A stretch of DNA of 64,000 nucleotides from assembly GCF_036321535.1 (NCBI RefSeq), contig NC_087438.1, forward strand, positions 4,590,001 through 4,654,000. The letters are read 5' to 3'. The position numbers were made by a program, and so were the translations under genes. Source of the stretch: Camelus dromedarius. Lineage: Eukaryota. Every line of letters begins with the position of its first letter. Position 1 is the first letter of the stretch. Positions 54,237 through 64,000 of the stretch are shown piece after piece. Below the pieces are notes generated by a model, which saw only the letters and a list, made by a program, of their open reading frames with translations, was not told the origin of the DNA and searched no databases.

Positions 54237-54650
54237 GTGTCTTAGTCATCTCCTGCTGTGTAACAAATCACCCCAAATGTGGCACCTCCGTTACCTCACA
54301 GTGTGTGTGGCTCAGGCATCAGGGCAGAGTGTGGTTGGGTGCTCTGCTTCCTGCTGTCTTGCACAGCACCAACCCAGGGTCGTGATCTCACCTGAAGGCT
54401 GAGCTGGAGAGCGACTGGCTCCCATGCTCACTCAGAGGTGGCTGCGGCCTTCAGATCCTCATGTGGTGTTGGACTGAGGGCCTCAGCTCCTTGCCAGCTG
54501 TTGGCTGGAGCCTGTTGTCAGTTCCTTGCTATGTGGGCCTCCTTTCTAAGGCAGCCTGCTTCATTAAGGTGTACAGGCTGAGAAGGGATAGAGGAGTCTA
54601 TTGAGAAAGCAAGTCAGGTCTGTTATAACCTAATCACAGAAGTGGTAAGA
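54237..54650 (-). mobile_element. MLT1F/G-like MaLR LTR
   Basis: TGTCTTAGTCATCTCCTGCTGTGTAACAAATCACCCCAAA...TTATAACCTAATCACAGAAGTG. Confidence 0.7.
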
Positions 54651-55436
54651 GGTCATACCCTTGTCCCAGTTTACCTTTAACGTTCTAGCAAACACACGCA
54701 AATACTCAAAAACGGGAAGTAAGTTCACCTGTTTTATTGAACACTTACTTTCAATCACTGACCTCTGTCTCAGCTAAAGATGCCAAGGACTTCATCGAGA
54801 CAACCCAGGCTCTTGGCTCAGACCAGGCAGCCAGGCAAGCAAGGACCGTGTACCCGAGGGTCAGACGGCATGTTTTGGCGGTGACCATGATGAGAGCAGG
54901 TAATGGTGAAGCAGAACGCACTGTGTTCCCAGGACCATCTGGAGTACTTTCCGGCATCAGTCCAGTCACAACAAACCCATGAAAAAGGCCCCAACATTGT
55001 CAGTGTGGAGATGAGAGACTCACTGACCTGCTCAGGGCCACTCAGGCCAAGTGGTGGCACCTGCCGCCTGCTCAGGGGGGCTGGCCCCAGGCTGTGCCCA
55101 CCCCCCCACTTTACAGAGGAGGACACTCACCTTCAAAAGCTGGCAAAGGAGCATAATGAGATGAAAATCCAAGGAGGGCACTGGTATGCAGCTGCTCCAC
55201 CAAGCAGTAACCCACGATTGATCTGGGGTAGAATTTTGCATTTTATAAAATGATTGGCCAACACTCCAAATGGAACTGGATAGTGTTTTCCTTCTTTTCT
55301 AAGCACACAACAAACAAAGCTTGGAGGAGCAGCCAGTCCATGATGTTTAAGAAATTTTACTTGCTAATCAGATAGGTCTTTTTTCCTCAGAATTCCATTT
55401 TTGTGTCCCCTGGACATAGATGTCATGGACTGGTGA

Positions 55437-55608
55437 CTCTTTTTCTCTCTTTTCCCTTCCTTCCTTCCTCCCTTCCTCCCTCCCTCCCTCCCTCCCTTCC
55501 TTCCTCCCTCCCTCCCTCCCTCCCTTCCTTCCTCCCTCCCTCCCTCCCTCCCTCCCTTCCTTCCTCCCTCCCTCCCTCCCTCCCTCCCTCCCTTCCTTCC
55601 TTCCTTCC
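55437..55608. repeat. 172-bp pure polypyrimidine tract, (CCTT)n/(CCCT)n
   Basis: No purine on the + strand across 55437-55608. Confidence 0.95.
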
Positions 55609-56049
55609 ATCAGTGTTTTCTCCACAATATAAACTTTGGAAGTCACTGTGGGGATGTAGAGTTAATCCAGTCAAAATCCCCATTTTGAGCTGAGGTGCCC
55701 ATGGTCAGGGTAGCCCCATATGGGAGAGAACCAGGGTGAGTTCTCTCCATTAAGCCACGTGGCCCAAAGCATGAGAGCAGAAACATTCATGGTTCATCGC
55801 TACGTCTTGCTCTGATAAGTACGTTTTGTGACACGTACCAATGAGCCCCTCCGCTGTCTGCTTCTTGTGAGACAGAGGCTGGAGATGGTCAACATCGCAT
55901 CCCGGGAACAAGTGAAGTGGGTCACGATGCTTGGAGGTTATTTGCCTTTTACGGCCTGAGCGAGAACGCACAAATCTGCACCTTCACAGTTAGTGGAGGC
56001 TCTGTCCTCGCCTCTCTTCTCAGACGGGACTTTGTTTGGTTGTCTGCTT

Positions 56050-56715
56050 GTTTATTTGTTTATTTATTTACTTATTTATAATTGTGCTACATACAACATG
56101 TTAGTTTCAGGTGTATCACATAATGATTTGATATATACATATATATGTATATATTGTGAAGTCACCACCACAATAACACTAGTTAACCTCTGTCACCACA
56201 CACAGTTACAGTTTATGTTTCCCTTGTGGTGAGAGCTTTTAAGATCGATTCCCTCAGCAGTGCTCAAGTACGCAGTGCGGCATTACTAACTACACTCACC
56301 ATGGTGTGCTCTGGGTTCTCAGGACTTACTTATCTTGTAGCCAGAAATTAGTATCTTTTAACTGTCTTCATCCACTTCCCCCAACTCCCACCCCTACCCG
56401 TGGCAATCACCAATCTGTGCTCTGCATCTGTGAGGTCCAGTTTTTTGGTTTGTTAATTTGTTTTTTTTGGCTTCCATATGTAACGGAGATCATACAGTAT
56501 TTGTCTTTCTCATTCTGAGTTATTTCACTTAGCATAATGCCTTCTGGTCCATCCATGTCACCAATGGCAAGATTTCCTTCTTTTTACAGCTGAATAATAG
56601 CCATTGTGTATACAAACTACATCTTCTGTATCCGCCCATCCATCAATGGACACTTACATTGCTTCTGTATCTTAGCTGTTGTAATTAATGATGCAACGAA
56701 CACGAAGGTACACAT
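56050..56715 (-). mobile_element. L1MA-type 3' end
   Basis: TTAGTTTCAGGTGTATCACATAATGATTTG...GAGATCATACAGTATTTGTCTTTCTC...CATCAATGGACACTTA. Confidence 0.85.
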
Positions 56716-58479
56716 TACTGATTAGAGCAGAACCATAATGTTGATTTAGGTCAGTCAATCCTATGGATCCATGACGTTCACCGTTATTTTAATTTCTATG
56801 CTGAATGACCGTCTGAGCTAAGTGCTTATACAGGGCTTACTGAGGTGCCTGGATCTATTCTAGGCTCCTTACATAAATGACTCAGTCCTCACGGAAGCCG
56901 TTGAGTAAGTGTGGTTCCATCCTCATCTTATAGACAAGGAGACTGAGGGCAGCGGGATTGAAGGACACAGCTCAGCGCCTCCAGCTGAGCCGGCAGAGCA
57001 ACATCCTTCTGCTGCTGGACGAGCACTGCCTGGTGTCTCAGGGTGTCCAGACAGGACATGGGGGCCACGGATGGAGCTCTGTGCATCTGCAGCCACTCGG
57101 CTTGGCTGGACGTGGCTCTGAGCATCCCCTGCCCCTCATTAGGAGCTGGAGTCACTGGGGCGTGGACTTGGGTGCTGAGGTCTTAAATACAAAGAGCAGG
57201 GCGGACTCCGCCTCCCATCCAAGGTGGGGCTGATTTCCCTCAGCACGTGAGGCCAGCAGGCAGGACTAGCCCTGGCCTCAGCATCCCACCCAGGTGTGGG
57301 TGGAGGTGGGGGCCACCGTCACAGTCCTCAGGGGGTGAGCCCTGCCCTCACAGGGCCAGCGCCAGGGGAGAGCCCTCTGCGGGGTGGAGGACGAGACTCC
57401 CCACCCCAGCTTCCAGGGCCGGTTCTGCTCACCTCCTCTCAGAAGCCCGTCTGCCAACAGACCCTGGAGCTGTGACACCCATCGTGGCCGTCAGCAGTGT
57501 TCCCTCCTCCAGCTCAGAGAAGCTTTGGGGTCCACGCCCACCTTAAATACGAGCAAATTAAGTCCTCACTGGTTTTCTAGAAATACGCACGTGCTTTAAA
57601 GGATTTGAAATGCCCTGGAAAGTCTCCAAAGGTGGCTTTGGAATCACTGACTTAGAATGAGAAACTGCGAAAGTGCCCACCCTGAGACCTCCCCGCTCCC
57701 GGGACGCCCCTCACCTCCCCCAGGACCCCTGCGGCTGGAGCCAGCCTTCCCTTCGGAAGGGTGGGCCCTGTGCTCTTCTGCGGCTTTAGGGCCGGGAGCC
57801 CTGCAGGCTCCCCCAGTCCTTGTGAGTGGAGCGCGTTTTCATGAAAATGCAGTCATTAAACATAACAGGAAAGCCTTTCTACTTATAGATGATTGTACAG
57901 TCATTCTTTTAAAAAACCCTGAGCTTGGCTCCAGTGATTTGGCAGTGGTCCTTCTGGGTCCTGCATGGGTTTTATTTTCAGTGGTGCAGAAGGACTTCCA
58001 AAGGCACTCGGCTGTAATAGCAGAAGCAACAGGCAGCCTCTGCAAAACACCAGGCTCCTTGATCTGAAGAGCGGCCGAAAGCAGGAAGGTCCGTCTCAGC
58101 TACGGTGCTCCTTCTCTGTGAGACGGCTTTCGTTCACCGACTTTGTACGCTGTGACATAAGACACTTCCTGTGTACTGAGGGCTTGGTCACTGCTGACAC
58201 TGATCCTCGCAAGAAATTGGAGGAAACGTTTGTCTTCTTGTTTTTATGACGTAGATGGGGAGACTGAGGCAGGAGGGGCCAGGATGGGGATCAAAGCTAC
58301 CTCGAGGGTTGGTGTCAAGGTTCATCGCCTTTGGATGCGGCCGGGCCGTTACACCTGGCTGAGGTAAGGAATGCTGCGTCTAGACAGTGTTTGCTCCTTA
58401 TCATCTAGAATCTCCCGGATTTGAGAAGAGTCTTGGCTGTTTCATTTACCATGTAAGACCAGGGTGAGTTTTGGTTTGG

Positions 58480-59030
58480 TTTTTGATGATGATGATCCCG
58501 GCCAAGAGAGCAGAGTAGGAACCTTTCCTTTCTCAGAGCCATGTTGGTGCATGTGGCAAATAAACTCATGTCCCCATTTTAAGGGGTTCACTTGGGACCC
58601 ACAATTTATTTTCAATGGAAATAGAGAAATAGGGTGTGGGAAGAGGGCCAAGAAGGGAAGCATTTTGTATCAAAGATTTTTGTTTTTAAACTTCTCTCTG
58701 GAATTGGATGGGCAGGGGTAGCTCATAGTCTAGAAATTGACCTACAAGCACGTAGGCGGGGCTGTCAGAAGCAATCTTCCCACCCACAGGGACACGGTTT
58801 GATTTCAGTGAAAGTCAATGAGATTAACACACAGAGCTGAACAGAGGCAACAGAGCTGTGAGGCAGAAAGGATGGAGAGGGTGTCCTGACAACATTGTTC
58901 AATTCTCTAGATTTAGCCTCATTGGAAACGCACCATAGGTTTCCTACTTAGGTGAGCGGATACGCCCCTCTGTGGCTCTGGCAAGTTGATGTGGGGCTTC
59001 TGTCACTTGCCACTTGCTGATATTCATGGA
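58480..59030 (+). mobile_element. Old MaLR LTR relic
   Basis: GTCCTGACAACATTGTTCAATTCTCTAGAT...GGCTTCTGTCACTTGC. Highly degenerate. Confidence 0.45.
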
Positions 59031-60619
59031 CTTTGTGACTCTTCCTACCGTTGACTGTGGTCAAGGTGGGGAGCCAAGGGCCAGGACGAGAGGAAGCCAA
59101 TTCTAAACAAAAGTAGCTTCAAGCATTGAGGAGAGAAAAAGTGACCTGTTAGTTGTTTTCCTGATTGGCTGCTCCTCTGTTTCAATGAGTCAAGTTTGTT
59201 TGTCAATGTCACTTGACTTCCTTCGTTTTATTGGGGGGGTGGGGCGTGTTTAATCAGTACGTCTTGGTTTTTGCACTGGTTGCATCTGTTGGGCACTGAG
59301 TGCAGGTGATATTCGCTTGCCTTTGGGTCTTTGTAATCAAAGGCCTGACGTAAGTCACTTATAGCAGGTTATTTCTGTTTATATCTGATTTCCCAAATTT
59401 GTACAAAAGATGGCCTTCTGAGGCTTTCTTCTGACTGGCTGATTCTAATCTATTTCAAGATCCCTTGAGACAACGCTGGTGCCTGCACATCGCCGTGTGT
59501 GTAGGCTGCTGCGGGCTGTGGCCTTGCGCGTGTACCTGGAGCTCCTGGAACGCTCTGAACTTCTCACCTGGCACTTTTCTCCGTAACTGGTCCCTGGGCT
59601 GTTCCCGTGCTAGAAAATTCGCTTCAAAGGGATGTTGCAAAATCTTGTTTACGAATTGCTAAAGCCCCAGAGGCACTGTTTTCTCCAAGCACTCCCATCT
59701 GGAGCTAACATTTTACTTGGAATGTACACTAGGTCTAAAATTCAATTTCCTGGTCCTCAGGCGCAGGAGCGTGATGACACAGGTGCCATTAGGTGAGGCC
59801 TAAGACGCTTCTGGCCGTGAGCAATTCTTGTATGATGGATTGAAGAGGATTGGCCGAGCACGACGTCATGTGGACAAAGCAAAAGCCCCGAGTTACCCCG
59901 TCTGCGAAGGGCTACTGTCCAGCACGCTGTTACTGAAGAATTTTAAAACGCTGTGGTTAGGTGCCCCCTAGCTTTCCAAGCACTTTGTATGGTTACATCT
60001 GTTTGTAATCTGGCCATGACCACTTGACAGTGTCCATGGTACCCCTGTTGCTCTTGACTGCACCCTGTGTCTTGTCTCTAAATAACTGAAAGCCTTTTTG
60101 GCATCACAGGTACGTTCCACCCTGTTCGCTGGGTGGCCCTTTGCCCTGACTGCCTACGAGGGAGACGTCTGGATACTTGAACCATTAACTCCTTAGCTCC
60201 ACATGGAATCGTAGCAGTCTTCGAGCTGGAAATGGTTTTGGGGACGAGTTTTAGAACCGTTGCCTATTCCCAGATGACAAAATGAACACCTGGAGAAGGG
60301 AAGCCACATGTTGGAGGTCTCAGTGCTTCCCAGGCGGGAGTTGCAGGGAACAGACAATGGAGAGGGAAAGGAAAGTGATTCACGGGAGGAGCGGGCAGGT
60401 ATGATGTGTACTGTGTCTAGAGTAAGTCGGGGACAACGTGGCCCACAGCAGGGCTCTGTGATGGGCTCAGCTGAGGAGTACTGTGAGGTGGCGGGACTGG
60501 GGTCCTTCCCACCGTCTTGTCAGTGTGACAAGCTTAACGCGGTATCTGCTGGTGGAGGAGGAATGTTTACAGGGTCCAGATCTGTATCACAAGCAGGCAT
60601 GGAAGGGTGGATTAGGGAT

Positions 60620-61000
60620 GATCCGGCTGTGTATTAACCAATGCCACAGCTGGTCTGGGTGCTGGAGACAGCACAGAGTAAAAGAGACCAAAAGCCTGGC
60701 CCTCAAGGGGACTTGCATTCTCAGCAAAGGAGACAGAGTGTCAACACGACAAAACAGTGGAACACAGAGAGAAATACAGGCAGAGGAGGGGTTGGGAGTG
60801 TGTGTGCAGGGAGTTTCCACGTAGATCCCCATGGGATCAGGGACAGACTCAGTGAAACAAACATTGGACAGAGGTGGGGAGACGTGTGTGCAAAGGCCCT
60901 GAGGTGGGCACACACCTGGAGTTTTGATGGTTGATGGAAAATAAGGCAGTGTGACTGGTGTGTAGTGAACACAGGAGAGCTGAGGTCTGATAGGCAGCAG
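60620..61000. mobile_element. L2-like relic
   Basis: GGTGCTGGAGACAGCACAGAG...CCTGGCCCTCAAGGGGACTTGCATTCT...GTGTGCAAAGGCCCTGAGGTGGG. Confidence 0.6.
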
Positions 61001-63289
61001 GCAGGGAGAGCATATGTGCACGTGCGTGTGAGTGTGTGCATGTGATGGCTGTGTCCATGACTGTGTGCAGGCAGACGTGCGAGCGTGCACACGTGAGTCT
61101 TCCAAGTGCCTTCAACTCAAACATAGGGTCTCGAGTACCTGCCTCCTCTGGCCTCCCAGGAGACCCAGTGATTTTACTCACCTTGTTTCGGTCGTCTGGT
61201 GATGATTCGGTCCCTCCTGCGTTAGGAGATTTTCTTCGCGGGAGGGCCTCTGGGACCCACCGGAAGGACCATCAGCATTGGCTCAGCCCTAGGAGTGCAG
61301 GCGGTCACTGGCGCTGGCGGCCAGGGGGTGAAACATGCTCCCGCGGGGCAGGGGCCTCTCCGCAGGAGGCTGAGTCTCCCTCTGGTTATGGCTCCATTCA
61401 GCTTGGTGGAGAGTCAGGCTGGGGCGGCGGGTGGGTTGAGAGAGAAGCATTTGACTCTCTTGCCTAAGGAAGGTTCATCGCGTATGAAGACTCTAAATCA
61501 CTGAAGCCAAGAACTGCTATTAATTAAAGCTGATAAAAGCATTAAAGAAATATTTAATCCCCGTGTTCTGGGAGCTGGAGATTTTCACAGCCTGACATTT
61601 GTGCCCCAAAACTACTAGTCTTAATAGGTTTAGCGTGGCTGCAAATGGAATGATTAAGGGCAGGCTTGCTGGCCCCCCAGTGAGCCACACTTTCACCCTG
61701 AAAGGTCTCCTAGGGGGGTGGTCGTTGAATGACTGTCACTGGCTTAAAACGAACACAAACATGCCTGCAAAACTGCTATTCAGAGAGGCTTTTCTGAAAA
61801 TTTATCTCCAAATGTTCATCTCTCACGGGAATACAGGGTCAGGATTAACAGTGAACACAGGCCCACAATTCTCAGATACTTTCACTGTTACATCTTTTTT
61901 CTGCTGGCTGATTTTTATTTTCCTCTCCTTTAAATAAATGCCTTTTAAACAAAACATCACACCGTACTATCAGCTTCTGAAAAATAATTTTCATTATCAA
62001 ATAACTTGCCTGATGGGGTTTTTGAAATTAGACTTTTTTTTCATAGAGAAATTTTGATAAACATGCTTATGAATCCAAGCTACGCTTATTGGATGAATTT
62101 GTCACTAAGTCTTCAACCCTCAAGTAAGCATTCGTATAGCCTGCGTTTGGTGTGTGTTCTTAAAGCCGGGGAAGATCGGCGGAGCTGGTGGCTGGCAAAG
62201 GACTTCAGAGCATTGTCATATCCACGGGGACGTGGGTGAAGGCAGCGAGTGAGTAGAGGCGGCGATGCACTTGAATACATGTGCCTGGAAGTGCGTTCTT
62301 CACTGACACTGGCTCTGACCTTGGGCTCTTGATCACTGATGCACTGACACTTCTGTCTGGATGGTTCCCAAGGATGCATCCTTCTAGTGTGATTGCGCTA
62401 AAAGTTTGGGTCTCACTTCCGCTCCTTCCCATCACTCTTGTACCCCATCACCCAGGCTTCAGAAAGACAAACTCTCCCCCATCCTCTTTCCACACTATTT
62501 ATAGCCTTGCTCACCAAGATTGTGCTATCAGAATCTGTTTTGCCAGTTCCTGGTGTGTTTTCGTTGAAATCCAGGTGCTATGATTTCTCAAGGAATCCTT
62601 GTAAATGATGGTACTTGTGTTTGCTTTATGCATCCCACATAATGGCTTCAGCAGAGTGGGCGAGACCAGCTACGCCCAGCGCCGTGGTGCCGCTCTGCAG
62701 AGATTCACTTTTCTTTCACTCTGTTTTGTTTGGGTTCCCAACATCAGTCACGGTGAAAACACAGGTATCTTTGCCTCTAACAACCAAGACATTTTGTTAG
62801 GATGGGATCGAGTTTTCGTAAGCTGGATAAGATTCCAGAATTATGTCGTTAACTTTATTTAAGAGAATGTATTTTCATGGTGCACTGGGTTGGGTGACAG
62901 CTAGGGAAGAGAGTGCGGTTCTACTTAAAATCCTAGTTCAGAAGCTCACAGATTTGTTTTTTTTTTTAAGTTTATCTTCCTCCTGAATTTATTTGCTTTT
63001 CTGGTTTTTTTTTTTTTTTGATGCTTATTGGGTGAAATTGTAGCTAAACCTGTATCTTTAACCTCAAGTAAGCATCTGTGTGTGTTGGATGCAGTTTTTT
63101 TCCTGTCAAAAGCCATTCCTCCGTCTCCTCTGCTACTTCTTTTCCAGTAAAACCCCAATCTGTAACATGCGAAGATTCTGATCGCAGAGGAAGCTGATCC
63201 CAAGGAGAAGGACCACGGTCAGCCTAGGCCAGCCAAGGCAACCCCATTCCTCTTGGCCAGTGGGCGTGTGACCTAATTCTGGCCCATGG

Positions 63290-64000
63290 GCTCACTTTAG
63301 TTAACTAACGTGGCATAATAAATCACTCTAAAGCATGGCGGCTTGAGGGATGTGCGTGTCTGTTGTTCTTGCAGCGTCTACGTGTGAGGGTCTGAGAGTG
63401 GCTCAGTCGGGTGATTCTGGCCTGGGAAGCTCGTCTGAGGTTTCAGTCAAGATGTCGGCCAGGGCCGTGTCCTCTGAAGACCTGACTGGAGATGCTGGGC
63501 TCACTTCCCAGGTAGCTAATTCTCACGGCTGGCGAGCTGGTGCTGGCTGCTGGCTGGAGGCTCCAGGTCCTTCCCACTGCGACTTTCTGCAGTGTGTTTA
63601 GGGTGTGACAGCTGGCTTCCCCCAGAGCAAGAAAACTGAGAGGGGGGCCGAGAGCGGCAAGGAGAAGTTATCCATTTTATGACCTTACTTTGTGGTCCGA
63701 CAGCATCCCTGCACTAGTTACATACTGCTCTGTAACAAATTACCCTCACTTAGCAGCTTAAGAAAACACACATTTATCATCTCACAGCGCCTTTGGGTCC
63801 GGCGTCTTAGCTGATTCCTCTGATTCAGGGTTTCTCAGGAGGCTGCAGTCAAGGTGTCGGCCAGGGCTGGATTCCATCTCAGTCTCGATGGGGAAAGATT
63901 GTCTTCCAAGTTCACATGGTTGTCAACATGATTCAGCTCCTTGCTGCCTGTTGGCGGGAGGCTGCGCCCCGTTCCTTACCCTGTGGTCCTCTTTAATGAG
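63290..64000 (-). mobile_element. Two tandem MLT1-type MaLR LTR relics (second one truncated by the window end)
   Basis: CTGTAACAAATTACCCTCACTTAGCAGCTTAAG...CATTTATCATCTCACAG and GTCAAGATGTCGGCCAGGGC in both copies. Confidence 0.75.

Noticed and set aside
55368..55693. EGGR/PPSL repeat ORFs
   Set aside because: Translation artefacts of the (CCCT/CCTT)n tract.
62110..63075. ~21-bp near-direct repeat (TCTT.AAC(C)CTCAAGTAAGCAT) ~945 bp apart, as a TSD or duplicated splice donor
   Set aside because: No poly(A) tail or element lies between the copies and no exon structure is evident. Chance cannot be excluded.

Overview
Mammalian genomic DNA, probably camelid (inferred from tRNA-Ala-derived, Vic-1-like SINEs). 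Bases ~800-13,300 hold the 3' part of TENT4A (PAPD7), a non-canonical poly(A)/mixed-tailing nucleotidyltransferase, on the + strand. Eight GT-AG coding exons splice in consistent phase to 418 codons plus stop, followed by a ~2 kb 3'UTR ending at AATAAA 13280. The remaining ~50 kb shows no recognisable host gene. It contains L1, SINE, MaLR/ERV LTR and DNA-transposon relics, simple repeats and candidate regulatory sites. The most unusual object is a ~3.06 kb L1 flanked by an 18-bp target-site duplication (TSD). It keeps its 5'UTR, ORF1 and 3' end but has lost almost all of ORF2, so it resembles a half-L1 or spliced L1. Also notable are a young L1 nested inside a twin-primed inverted L1, an abrupt GC3 switch inside one TENT4A exon, and a strong CTCF motif. 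I found no convincing evidence of a wholly new biological system. Repeat family names are from memory of consensus sequences, and the boundaries of old repeats are approximate.
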